From the NCBI GenBank assembly GCA_965112735.1, contig OZ218954.1:2480001-2544000 (forward strand): a DNA stretch of 64,000 bases, given 5' to 3'. Made by a program: the position numbers and the translations under genes. Below, one piece after another: positions 24,034 to 36,157 of this stretch. The notes beneath the pieces are model-generated. The model saw only the letters and a program-made list of their open reading frames with translations. It was not told the origin of the DNA and did not search any database. Numbering within the stretch: the stretch's first letter is position 1; each line of letters starts with the position of its first letter. This DNA is from Phaeosaccion multiseriatum. Its lineage: Eukaryota > Protista > Ochrophyta, other classes.

Positions 24034-26238
24034 CTACGTAGGCCTTTTCTTTCCCCGCCGCTCTCGCCCTCTCTTTGAGTTCGGATTCTCTCGGCCATAA
24101 CCAACTTTGATGTCGGGCGCCTTGTTAATATTCAGACCTACGCTCTCCATTACATGATCCCCGAACATGCTTTTGACACCTTTCTGCGTCCGCTTGGCCT
24201 TTTGAGCCCAAATTCCGCTCAAGAGCTGGTCTTCACGCAGCAGCAGTCCCTGGGAGAAGAGACAAAAAGGGACACGGGTCAGCCTCTGGTGTTCCTTTCC
24301 TCCGAGGGCTGTTGGGTGGAGGCTAAGTGTAACAAAGCCTTACCCCTTCGAAGCGGCCGTCTTTAGCCGGCTTGGGCAGAGAAAATTTGGTGCCTCGCAG
24401 ATTGTGTTTGCCAGGTTTGAGGTGTAAACGGTTCTCGCCTGTCCTGCTGTCCACCGTACAAGACACTCGAGTCTGTATAGGAGCAGGAGCAAAGCCGTGT
24501 ATCAGTTTCGTCAGCGGAAAGGAACGCATAGCACACACCGTCCTTGTTGCACGTACTAGGTTGTCCGAGCCACACACGGGACAGAAAATCTTGCTCATGA
24601 TCGTCGTGGTCTTGAAGCAGGCTGGGCAATACATGATCCATTGTTTGACCTTGCTGACTTGCATCCCATCCAGGCTGACGAGGGGCATCCCCTGCGTAGA
24701 GTATGCAAAGAGAGGGTCACGTCAGCATTGCTGACGCCCACAAAAATAAGAGCCCACATTTCTTCTTCCCGCCCGCTCACCATCTGCAGCATGACATTTT
24801 GCATGGTGTAATCGGTCGTGACGCATCCAGCCTTCCTCCTCATTCTCTTTCTCTTCTTCTTCTTGGCTCCGACTGGAGGCTCTTCAGTGGGTTTGGAGTA
24901 CGTCATGCCCGATCGGAGAGCCTCGTGAACATTGGCGGAGCTGACCCATCCCACCATGTCGTCTTCGTTCTCACCGCCCAAGCGTACACCATCCGTGCCA
25001 GAGCTGTTGAGAATGCGGGACTCACAACCTCGCCTGCCATCATCTGTAAGGGCGCCTGAGCCTCCGCCCACGTCACTTCCGCCCACGTCACTGTCAGGGA
25101 GTAAGGGCGCCTGAGCAGCTGCGGGTACCAAGACTGCGGGTTGAGCAGCTGTAGAGGATGACACCCTCCTGGTGAAGGTCACGTCTGTGCCCCCCCCAGC
25201 CCAAGCTGTCTTGGCCCAGGTCGCGCCTTCTGTAACAAAGAAGGAGAAAAGTCAAGGGTGAGGGAAGGGGGGGGGGGCGCACAGGAGCCACACCATTGAA
25301 GAACTGAATCTCACGTTCAGAGGCAGACTCGGACGCGGCCTGAGCAGTTTGGCCGTCTAGGAGCGGGAAGTCCGAGTCGTTGGTGGCAGAGAACGCTTCT
25401 CGGCCATGGTCTGAGTCAAGAGGAGCCCTGGTGCCAGGCACACAGTCCGGCTCCCATTCAGCATCCTCCTCGCAGTAGTCCTCCTCTTCCTCGACCTCGC
25501 CTCCCACTCTGTCACCATCGACCTCGCCTCCCACTCTGTCACCAACGGCCTCGTCACCCTCCTCCTCCTCCTCCTCCTCCTCCTCCTCCTCCTCCTCCTC
25601 TTCCTCCTCCTCCTCCTCCTCAGTACAACCATCTTCTTCTTCTCCTCCTTCTTCGTCTTCCTCTTCATGCTGCTCATCCTCATGCTTGACGTGCTCTCCA
25701 TTTCCTTCCAGCGGCACTTCTCCAGGCCCTTGCACGGACGGGCCCGGGACTTGCTCGCGACCCACCCCCTTCGCCGCCGTCGCCCCCGCCGAAACCTTCT
25801 TCGCCAGAGTCCTTGGAACTGCCCGGTAATACTTGCACTTGGTCTCCTGCATCTCTAGCATGTATGTCAGCGCTAGAACCTTCAAGTCCACGGAGGAGAG
25901 CTGCTGGAAGTCCCCTGTAAGCTTCGAGAAGGTAGCAACTTGCTTCAACGCCTCTACACTGGGCTCCCTCACTTTCAGCTCGAATGGAAGGCTTCCCAGA
26001 TACTCCCTGTGGCACACGTAAGTACAGACATAAGTTTCGTCCGCTTCTTCCGTCAAAGTCTCAAGCCACGTCCCCCTTACCTGGCCCGCTTGTCTCGGAT
26101 TTCACCCAAGACCTCGGCCACAGTCCAATACTCCACCGCTACGTTCCGCAGCGCGCCACACGCTCCCCGAATTATTGCCCCACTATCAACCACAAGGTGC
26201 CGCAGTTTCTGCGACGCCTTTGGCTGTCCCTCTGCCAT
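24034..26238 (-). CDS. NOB1: NOB1 20S pre-rRNA endonuclease (PIN domain + Zn ribbon, multi-exon)
   Basis: HLVVDSGAIIRG, FSKLTGDFQQLSSVDLKVLALTYMLE, GCVTTDYTMQNVMLQM, CPAC..FCPVCG, NLRGTKFSLPKP. Confidence 0.95.
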
Positions 26239-26392
26239 CCTGCTCGCGGTTATGTCCTGCTCCGTCTATGGCTGCCCTCCGTACCAAAACCAAGTCTCCT
26301 TGGGTATCCCATAGTACCCCGGGGGGTCATAAAGGACCCAATTTGGCCTTGGCAACGTACTGATTTTGTAGGAGCTTTATCGTCCATTAAAA

Positions 26393-28195
26393 ATGAAGAC
26401 GACGCAAGTATCTCTGTCGGTCGTTGCCACCGCCGCCCTTCTGGGGTCGGCGTTTGCCTTTGTGCAGACTCCTACGGGCGTGTCTCGTGCTGTGGCCCCC
26501 GCGCAGAGCAAGTCTCGCGTTGCCTCCATCAGCAACGTTGATGTGCGAGACTCCTCTGTGTCCTTGGCCATGTCGGACTCCATGGTGGATCTCGGACAGC
26601 CAACGGTGGAGCAGGTGAGCTGCAACTCTTTATTCTTCCCCTCCTCTCAGAACTATGCATCTGCTGTCTTTGGTGCGCCCTCCTTCATCCGTGCGTGGCC
26701 ATGTTCTCACGTCCCTCTGTTTCCTTGCCCCTGCTCCTTCCTCGGCCTATTTGCTGTGTGCATTCTCTGGACGCTCTTGCTAGTGGCTCGAGCAAGTTGA
26801 CCCCAAGTTGCAGGCAACCCTGAACGCCATGTTTGCCGCGTGCAAGGAGATTGCTTACAAGATCAGGACGGCGTCGTGCGACAAGATGGCCTGCTTCAAC
26901 GAGTTTGGCGATGAGCAGCTGGCAATTGATGTGTTGGCCAACAACGTGATCTTCGAGAACCTCAAGGCGTCCGGAGCGTGCGCTACGGCTTCGTCGGAAG
27001 AGACTCCTGTGGAGGACCCCATGGGTGGAGAGGTGAGATGTTCTCCCTTTGTGAGCTGAGCTGAGCTGAGCCTAACATTGCCCCAACCCCCCTGCCCGCG
27101 CTTCATGGCTGCCTCCTCTAATCTCCTCTCTCTCTGTGTTCCGGCCCTCTTTTGTCTTGCTGACCCCCAATCCCAACCAATGACCAACGATGGGCTCTTT
27201 GTGGACACTGGCAGGGCTACTCTGTTGCCTTCGACCCTCTCGATGGCTCCTCAATCATTGACACAAACTTTGCAGTCGGTACCATTTTCGGCATCTGGCC
27301 CGGTTCCCGTCTTGTAGGCATTACGGGACGCACTCTGGCGGCGTCGGGTATGGCGACATACGGGCCACGCACGACCATGACGGTCGCAGGTAAGACGCAC
27401 ACCTTGTTTAAGAGCAGCATCCCGCAGCATTCCGCAGGCGCTCACTTGTTGGCGAACGCATAACAATATCGTTTCTCCTTTGCGCGCAGTGGACGGCGTG
27501 GAGGGTGCCCACGAGTTCCTTCTCATCGACGACTTCTCGGGTCGCCATGGCCAGTGGGTCAAGAGCAACTCCTTCATGACCATCGAGGACGGCAAGCTCT
27601 TCGCACCAGGTATGTATGTCTTTGCATTCATGTCTTTCGCCCCCCTTTGTCTTCCCTCTTGATGACACACACACACACCTTGCTTGCCCCGTTTCTGCGC
27701 AGGCAACTTGCGAGCCACCCAAGACAACGCCGGCTACGACGAGCTCTTCAAGCACTACTTGGACAACAAGTACCAGCTCCGCTACACAGGTGGCATGGTG
27801 CCCGATGTTAACCAGCTGATGGTGAAGGGCAAGGGCATCTTTGTGAACGCTGCCTCTCCCTCTGCTAAGGCCAAGCTCCGTGTACTGTACGAGGTGGCTC
27901 CCATCGGTACGTCGCGAGCTGGATTGAGTCCCCTCCTCCACTCTTCCTTTTGCGGTGTGCCCCACTCTCATTTGCTGCGTACCCCACATTGATGATGAAC
28001 ATGCGTTCCGCCCCCCACACAGGCTTCCTCATCGAGAAGGCCGGAGGAAAGTCCTCCGAGGGAGACAAGTCTGTTCTTGACATTGAGATCCCCAACACGG
28101 AGGTGCGCTCGCAGTGCGCTTACGGCTCCATTGGCGAAGTAAACCGGTTCGAGAGCATGGTCGGAAAGAAATTCGTAGGGTCCGAATCCGATTAA
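26393..28195 (+). CDS. SBP: plastid sedoheptulose-1,7-bisphosphatase (multi-exon)
   Basis: Bipartite presequence (SAFA-FVQTP); [24 protein letters not shown]; [23 protein letters not shown]; [11 protein letters not shown]; [10 protein letters not shown]. Confidence 0.93.
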
Positions 28196-28556
28196 GCCGG
28201 GTAGATCAACAGGTGCTGGCGCGGCGACGAGAAGGTCAAATGAACCGTGTAGGGCCTTTATAGAGCATTTTAGAGCAATATTGCGGACAGCCAGCTTCTA
28301 CACACCGTCGGTCTCTTCCGCCCCAAGTCCCGGGACAGACTGTTTAGCCAGACAGAGCATGTTAGATGGTTTACGAGACGTTCAGGGGGGGGGGCGCAAG
28401 AGAGATTAGAGGAACCTGATTTAAATTATATGGAACAGATATATGGTCCGTGGAACTTTCCAGTCCCATCAGCTCCTCCACCCACAAGGGCAACGTCCTG
28501 ACCATCAGCTGCAGGCACCAGATGTGGCTTTGACAGCGGCTCGACCGGCGCCGTTG

Positions 28557-28855
28557 TCGACCCCTGACACGCTATCGCTCACATTCTCGATAGCGCGCTA
28601 TCGCGCCCCGGCGGGCCCGATAGCGCGCTATCGGCCGCCGGCCAATAGCGGATAGCGTGCCGGCTGGCGCCGGCCGATAGCGGATAGCGTGCCGGCTGGC
28701 GCCGGCCGATAGCGGATAGCGCGCCGGCTGGCGTCAGCTCTCCCCCCCCCCGGTGCGGTAGCAGCTGACGCTGGCGATAGCGGATAGCGCGCCGGAGATA
28801 GCGGATAGCGTGCCGGCTGGGCGATAGCGTTAGCGGATAGCGTGTCAGGGGTCGA
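28557..28855. mobile_element. MITE family A, intact copy
   Basis: TIR TCGACCCCTGACACGCTATC / GATAGCGTGTCAGGGGTCGA; perfect 6-bp TSD CCGTTG; tandem GATAGCG motifs. Confidence 0.92.
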
Positions 28856-29163
28856 CCGTTGGTACAGTAGGAAGTCAGCCATTTTTTTCCTCGCCGTACC
28901 ATGGCGGGGCAGAGCTGGATCGTAAGGGGGATGAAGGACATGCGCTGCTGTCCTCATACCGTGACGACTGCTGGATGGCAGCCGAGGGGGGTATGTTGGT
29001 GCGTATTGCGTGCGGTCAGTTCCGGGCCGGCGCAGCTTTTCAAATGGTACGAGTGAGAGGAAGCGTTGGGCGGGGAGGGGGCAGAGACCTAACCCCTAGA
29101 TATACGCCGTGCCTACCATTTTTAGGTACGAAGCTTGTTGGATACCTACTTTGTCCAACAGAA

Positions 29164-29680
29164 CCTCCTCCTCCTCCTCCTCCTCCTCCTCCTCCTCCTC
29201 CTCCTCCTCCTCCTCCTCCTCCTCCTCCTCCTCCTCCTCCTCCTCCTCCTCCTCCTCCTCCTCCTCCTCCTCCTCCTCCTCCTCCTCCTCCTCCTCCTCC
29301 TCCTCCTCCTCCTCCTCCTCCTCCTCCTCCTCCTCCTCCTCCTCCTCCTCCTCCTCCTCCTCCTCCTCCTCCTCCTCCTCCTCCTCCTCCTCCTCCTCCT
29401 CCTCCTCCTCCTCCTCCTCCTCCTCCTCCTCCTCCTCCTCCTCCTCCTCCTCCTCCTCCTCCTCCTCCTCCTCCTCCTCCTCCTCCTCCTCCTCCTCCTC
29501 CTCCTCCTCCTCCTCCTCCTCCTCCTCCTCCTCCTCCTCCTCCTCCTCCTCCTCCTCCTCCTCCTCCTCCTCCTCCTCCTCCTCCTCCTCCTCCTCCTCC
29601 TCCTCCTCCTCCTCCTCCTCCTCCTCCTCCTCCTCCTCCTCCTCCTCCTCCTCCTCCTCCTCCTCCTCCTCCTCCTCCTC
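29164..29680. repeat. pure (CCT)n microsatellite, ~172 units
   Basis: Directly visible uninterrupted run. Confidence 0.95.
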
Positions 29681-29702
29681 GTCCCCCTCCCCCCTCCCCT
29701 AG

Positions 29703-32158
29703 GTACGGCTGCGACAAGAACGGTTACGACTCGCAGGACCTCGATAGTCTGTGTGAGAGCCCCCAGGCGCAGGGTTACTGGGTAGCGGCGTATTTTGTGG
29801 TGTTCACAATCATCGCTGCACTCGTGCTGCGAACGCTCTTCATCGGGCTCGTCACCACGAGCATGGAGAAGGTGGGTACACGTGTGGATCGTCTTCAACT
29901 AGGATTCTCTCTTGTCTCTCTTTCTCTGTCTTCTTCCTTCTCTCTCCCTCTCTCCCTCTCTCCCTCTCTCACTTTCCATTCTCTCACTCTCACCCTCTCT
30001 CACCCCCCTCCTCGTCTCCCCCTCCCTCTCCTTCGCCGTCTCCCTACCTCTCTCCACCTCTCTCCCTTCCTCCCTTTCTCCCTCCCCCTCTCTAGGCAAC
30101 GGGTGAGCTTGAGAGCGAGACGGGCAGGGACAGGCTCGTGCAGATGGTGGTGGAGAAGGAGAGAATGTCTCCTGCTCGGTGAGTTGTAGTCAGTAGTGAG
30201 GAGACGGAGAGAGAGGAGAGGAGAGGGAGTGTAGGAGGAGAGGGGGGAGGGAGGGAGGGGATAGAGAGAGCAGTGGCGAACGATCTGACCTGGCTTGTAT
30301 AGGCAGTGGGTGGGGTGCCGCGCCAGCCCATGAAGTGACTCATCTACCCACTCACCCACCCACCCACCGACCCCTCCCCTCCCCTCCCCTCCCCTCCCCT
30401 CCCCTCCGCCTCCCAGCCTGGATCTTTACACGCGACCTTCAACCAGCTGGACCTGAACGGAGATGGCGTGATTGATGAGGTTGAGCTCCTTGAAGGGCTC
30501 ATGGCGATTGGTAGGAAGAGCATGGTGCAGCAGGTGAGTCAGTGAGTCAGGGAGGAAGTGAGTGAGTGAGTGAGTGAGTGTGTGAGTGAATGAATGAGTG
30601 AGTCAGTGAGTGTCAGTGAGTGAGTCATGAGTGAGCGAGGGAGTGGGTGAGTGAGTGAGTGAGTGAGTGGGCTAACGAACGAACGATTGCCTTGCCCCCA
30701 TCCCCCGCGCCCCCCTTTCTCTCTTTCTCCCTCCCCTACTGCCGGTCCTGCTGTATCACCAACTACCCCCACCCCCTTGCCTCCTCCCTCACAGATCAAG
30801 GGAATTATGCCTCGCTGTGACCCCCACGCCAGCACGGGCACCGGGGTGTACTTAGCAAGCTTCATTCAGCTCCTCGTCAGCATCCAAAAGGAGCAGGTAC
30901 GAGTTGGTAACAAACAGAGGGGGGGGGGGGGGGTGGATGGCAGTGGATGGCAGTGGATGGCATCGGATATGCCTCGATGCTTCGCTGTAGCGCTCATTTA
31001 CACGCCCAACATGTCATCCCACGAAGTCAGACAAAGCCGTTCCTCCGATCATTTGTTTGCTTCCCTCCTTCCTTCCTTCCTTCCTTCTCTAAAAAGACGT
31101 CCATTTCCTAACTGACACCTATCCACTGATATATATGAGAGTGTTTGTCCTGTGGGCGAAACTGGATGCACTTGAAGCTGAAACTGGGTAGTACTCCGCC
31201 ATGTTGGCGGGGGAAGTAACAACTTTACTGACAGGCATGTGAGAAGACCTCCTTTTGCTGGACTGACACATATCCTACGGGGAGTATTTCAGTGGAATGG
31301 TGTCAGTCTAGCAACAGGACGTCATCTTCCCTCCTTCCCTTCCTTCCCTCCTTCCTTCCAAGCCCCAAGCCTCTCCCTCACGCCCTCCCGACCCTCGTAC
31401 TGTGCATCTTGTCTGTATGCCTCTACATGTCTGTAACTGTATGCCTGGATACTGTCTCTCTGTGTGTTTGTGTGTCCCCCCTTCTCCCTGTGTGTGTTTT
31501 GTGTATGTTTATGTCTCTCTGTCTGCGCGTGTGTTTGTGTGGGCGTGCGCGCGCCCCCCCTTTCACTTCCTGACAGGAGGCGATTGCCGCTGAGGGGGCA
31601 AGCATCGTGTCATCCCCCACAGCAACAAAGGCGGACACCACAGGCAGCTTCTCTGCCCTCGTTGCCATGGCCAAGGGGAATCTGTGCTCACTGGGAGGGG
31701 GGAGCGGAGGAAGAAGAAAGAAAGGAACAATTGAGCATTTTGGGTGTTGGGAGGGCAGTGGGGCAGGGGGGCACAGGTAGAGGCAGAGAGGCGAGACGGG
31801 CAGAGGGGCAGAGAGGAAGAAGATGTTGGCAGGAGGACACTCCCTCCCTCCCTCCCGTCCTCCCTCCCTCCCTTCCTTCCATCCCTTCCTCCCTCCCTCC
31901 CTCCCTCCCTCCTTCCATCCCTTCCTCCGCCATTCCCTTCCTCCCTTCCTCCCTCTCTCCCTCCTCGCACTCAAAAGCGACACCCGCGAAGGTGACTCCT
32001 TCCCAGAGCCGCCTCGAGCCGCCTCCGAAGGGGCCTCCGGCGGGCCCGACCTTGGGCTGTGCTAGGGAGAGGATTGGACAGAGTCGACTCTATGGACTCG
32101 TTCGGAGAGGGGGGGTCAGTGGCGAGTTGCTACCAGTGGAGGAAGAGGCACTAAGCAG
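29703..32158 (+). pseudogene. fragment of a voltage-gated cation channel with EF-hand (S6 exon, EF-hand exon, further exons); 5' part not found
   Basis: YGCDKNGYD..C..PQAQGYWVAAYFVVFTIIAALVLRTLFIGLVTTSMEK resembles pore exit/S6; TFNQLDLNGDGVIDEVEL EF-hand at ~30417-30532; no S1-S5 or S4 arginine repeat upstream. Confidence 0.55.
30534..30670. repeat. (TGAG)n intronic microsatellite
   Basis: Directly visible. Confidence 0.85.
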
Positions 32159-32159
32159 G

Positions 32160-32843
32160 TGAGGAGGGGAGAAGATAAGAGGGAGGGAGGAGGGGATGGA
32201 GGGAGGAAGGGTGGGAGGAGAGGGAGGGAGGGAGGGAGTAAGGGAGGGTAGAGAGGGAGGGAGTAAGGGAGGATGGAGGGAGGGGAGGGAGGGGAGGGAG
32301 GGGGGGGGGGGAGAGAGGGAGGGAGGGAAGGGAGGGGAGGGAGGATGGGAAGGGAGGAGGATGGGGAGGGAGGGAGGAAGCAAGGGATGGAGGGCAGGGG
32401 AGGGAGGATGGGGAGGGAGGGAGGAAGGAAGGGATGGAGGGCAGGGAGGGATGGAGGGCAGGGAGGGGAGGGAGGATGGAGTGAGGGAGGGGAGGGAGGG
32501 GGGGGAGGATGGAGGGAAGGGGGGAAGGGGAGGGAGGGGGGGAGGGAGAGAGGGAGGGAGAGAGGGAGGGAGGGGAATGGAGGGAGGATTGGAAGGGAGG
32601 AGGATGGGGAAGGAGGGAGGAAGGGAGGGAGGGAGGGGAGAAATGGAGGGAGGGGAGGGAGGGAGGGGAGAGAGGAGGGTGGGGAGGTAGGGAGGGAGGG
32701 GAGAAACGGAAGGAGGAGAGGATGGTAGGAAAGTTGAGAGGGAGGGGGTGGGAGGGGTGAGGGAGGAGGGGAGGGAGAGAGGGAGGGGAGGAGAGGGATG
32801 GAAGCGAGGAAGAGAGGGAGGGAGGGGAGGGAGGGGAGGGGGA
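32160..32843. repeat. G/A polypurine low-complexity tract (GGAG/GGGA)
   Basis: ~680 bp almost devoid of pyrimidines. Confidence 0.9.
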
Positions 32844-33150
32844 ACGGGCTGCTCCAGGGGTACAGCTTCCAGGGTCTTCCTGGGGGATGCGGAGATCAGT
32901 AGTTGCAAGCGACTGGGAGTAGATAGAGACTGTCGGAGAGGCTAGGGGCCTCATCCCTATTGAACCTCCTTGTCTTTGGACGATAAATCTTAATGAAGCA
33001 ATCCAAGCGTGATGGAGTGGGATTGAAAATGCATGTACATTGGCAGATGCAGCTGCCGCCGAGGACTCTGTTGGATGACTGCGGGTGAAGGCAAGTTCGG
33101 GATGAGGCATGTGAGGCATGTATTTTCCTTCAATGAGGCTTGCATGTATG

Positions 33151-36054
33151 TCACAGGACGATCCGTATCCTTTGGAGTCCTCTCCGACTTGCGCTACGGT
33201 GTAGGCCACATTCTACTTGTAAAACGTCCTCTAGCTGGCTGTTGAGGAATTGCTTCAGACCTGGTATCAGCACAACACCTGGAACGGAATCCCTCTGCCT
33301 CACGCGTTTTCCTCTAAAGTAATTGTTGGTCAGGTCCACACCCAACTCGAGACCTTGTTTCTTCATGGCATAAACAATTTGAACAGCCAGGTCAGGTCGG
33401 CAAGCTTTGCCCGACACGTAGACTAATGCACAGCAGGCAGCGCGACGGGTAGCGAGGAAGTCCTTCGCAGTAGCGTGCTCGGATGAAGAAGCTGCTCGTT
33501 CACGTTCGGCACATGCGGGCCAAATGGATTGTCGGGTGAATGCTACCGCGGCCTGAGTTGATGAGCACATGCCTCTTGATGAGAGATTACGTCGGGAGCA
33601 TAACCAGCAACGACACGTTCTTACCTCCACATCGTAGCCAAAGGAGCGCACAGCGGCATTACACAGCTTGCCATTGACGAGGCAGCCCTGAGAGACGGCC
33701 TCGCGGAAAATACTGTCCCCAACGTTCCTCCCATGGTGCTCTCCCCGTGATAGACTGGTTAGGACTGGAATGTGGACAGATGTTATTTTTCAGTCACGCT
33801 GCAAAATCACTGTCCGCACCAGGCGTGACACAATAAAATACCTGTGGTGAAAGTAATGTGGTCTGCCTGGAGCTGAAGGCTTTGCATGTATCGGAGTAGG
33901 GCAACCGCTGCATCTGCTCCGCTTGCATCTGATTCATTTGTGGTCCTCTTGAGCACGTCAAGAACGCTGCTCCTCTTCCCCGAGCGCATCCACAGACACG
34001 GGGCACTTGACGGCAGCACGTCCGCCTGGCTGGCGCAGGCGCGATGAGCGAAGACATTGATAAGAGAATTGAATGCCACCAGGTCCGGCTTGAGCCCAAC
34101 GTCTTGGAGCCCGTCAAACGCCCCCACAGCACCACGCACGTCGCCAAAGCGTGCGAACGCGCTGAGTGGGGGAGGACGAAACACGAAATGGGGGGGTGGG
34201 GGGTTAATGGTACAAAAAAATACGCTATTTGCTGACTAACGCCTCTAATAGGGACACCACACCTGATGAAAGCATTTATCAGCGGCCGGGATGGTCGTAC
34301 ACGGTACTGCCTGAGCATATCTCCCACAGCGTATGCGCCCGCAGCAGTTTGCTGAACTTGTACAACGGAAGCAAGTGTGTAGCTGTGGATGGAGGGATGT
34401 GACGTGGGGGAGTGGACGTCTTTTCGTGAATCGAAGGGGCACGGGTATGCAGGAGACATAGAAAGAGAGACCAGACACGTTTGGCAGACGTACCAGTCAG
34501 GTCGCAGGCCTCTCTGCAGCATCTCCCTGAACGTTCGCTCGACCTGGGCATGATCTCCCGCGTTCTTAAAGTGGTCAAGAATGACGTTGTATGTGACAGT
34601 GGACGGTGCAATGGATGGACTCCCCGTGGAGGGGTCCACTCTCATTGCGTTGTCGAACACTGACATTGCCTGGTCCGAGTCTCCGGCCTTCACCCCGCCA
34701 TAGAAGGTGAAAACGGGCATGGGAGTCAGTCTTGGCTCAAAACAAAACAAAATGAAAAAGCGAAAGATGGAAGGGGCAAGTACCTTGAAGAGAGCCGTCA
34801 TAAAGGTGTTGAGGGTATCTTCTCTCGGCTCTAGCCCCTGCTCTCTCATGAGGTCAAGAACTTCGAAGCCTTTCTCCACCTTTCCTGCCTGCGTCAGAAA
34901 GTAATAGGAATGCACACAGAGCTTTGATGTTGGAGAGAGAGGGGAGGGGGGGGGGGAACCGGAGGAAAGGTTACAAAAACCGTTCCACCTCCCTCACCTT
35001 CAAGTACGCGTCCAAGCCGATGTTGAAGGTAACAATGTCTGGACGCCCTCCACGGATATCCTACGAAAGAAAAGGAGTTGGGTTGGTAAGTGACGAGGGT
35101 TGGGTGAAAAGTGTCCACCAGGCTCATCGGTATTCGCGGGTACCTTGGTGGTGACCTCTTCAAAAAGTGCTTGGGCCTTCTCCAAGTCTCCACGCCGGAT
35201 AGCGTGCTTAATTAAGGTGTTGATGGTGACTGAGTCAAATCGAGCTCCGCTGGCCGTCAGCATCTTCATTCCTTCCTCCATAAGTGAAGGCACGTCATTC
35301 CGATCAGCAGCCCCGATGATAGTATTGTAGCTGCAGTGCCGCAGGAAAGGAAGAGAATAAGCAAGGATAATACACTTTACTCCGCCCCAAAAGGGACTCA
35401 AGCCACGCACCTGATGATGTTTGGTGTGATGAGAAAAGCCTCGGGGGCGTCCCGCAATACTCTGAGAGCTTCCTCGTACTGCCTTCCCTCCAGCAAAGTA
35501 GCGAGTACGATGTTCAAGCCCATCGTTCCATATCTCCCTCGAAGAGGAATCATCTTGCCGAGCGTGGCGACACAAAATTGGGGAGCTCGCGTGGTGCGCA
35601 GGGTTTGCAGCACGTCTATACAGGTGTGGGGTTGCGGCCTTTGTCCGTTCTTCAACATGACCTCCAGAATATTTAGAGCGTCGGTTCTTCGTCCACACGC
35701 ACAAGCTGCTCGCAGCATCGGCTCTCGGACAGGAATCAGGCCTCGATCTCCAGCGCGAGCCATTTCTCCATCCACCACAAGCTCGTCCATTGTCGCTACA
35801 AACTGGGATGAGCATCGCGTCCGCACGATGGTGGCGAACTCCTTCGCGTATTTGGTCGCCCTGTTGTTGCTGCTGCTGCTGCTGCTACTACAATCGGGGC
35901 TAACATGTTTTGTGGCCCTATTCTCCCTCTTTGGAGGCCGAAAAGACCCAACTCCAGCGCCTTTCCCAACTGCGAGCGAGTAGCATGTGCGTATGGTACA
36001 TAGCAGTAGCGTCACGAACACTCCTGCGGCTGCTGCTGCCGACAAGGATAGCAT
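33151..36054 (-). CDS. pentatricopeptide repeat (PPR) protein with N-terminal signal peptide, probably plastid (multi-exon)
   Basis: PDIVTFNIGL, PSTVTYNVIL, LKPDLVAFNSLINVF, ADHITFTT PPR motifs; N-terminus MLSLSAAAAAGVFVTLLLC. Confidence 0.88.
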
Positions 36055-36157
36055 TTCCGATCTAAGGAGAAGGGGGCGACCCAAAAAAAGGACCTTCTTG
36101 TTGACATATTTCGCCCCCCCCCCCCCAAGTGGTTCTCCAAAAGAAAACCTTCTCCCC

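Noticed and set aside
1996-28855. piggyBac-like MITE with a TCGA target site
   Set aside because: The 28557 copy has a perfect 6-bp duplication outside TCGA and related families start TCGG, so TCGA is part of the TIR
28975-30189. Poly-Pro/Gly/Ser/Leu/Arg ORFs
   Set aside because: Artefacts of the stop-free (CCT)n tract
31423-33209. Pro-rich and Gly/Arg-rich ORFs
   Set aside because: Translations of low-complexity purine/pyrimidine tracts
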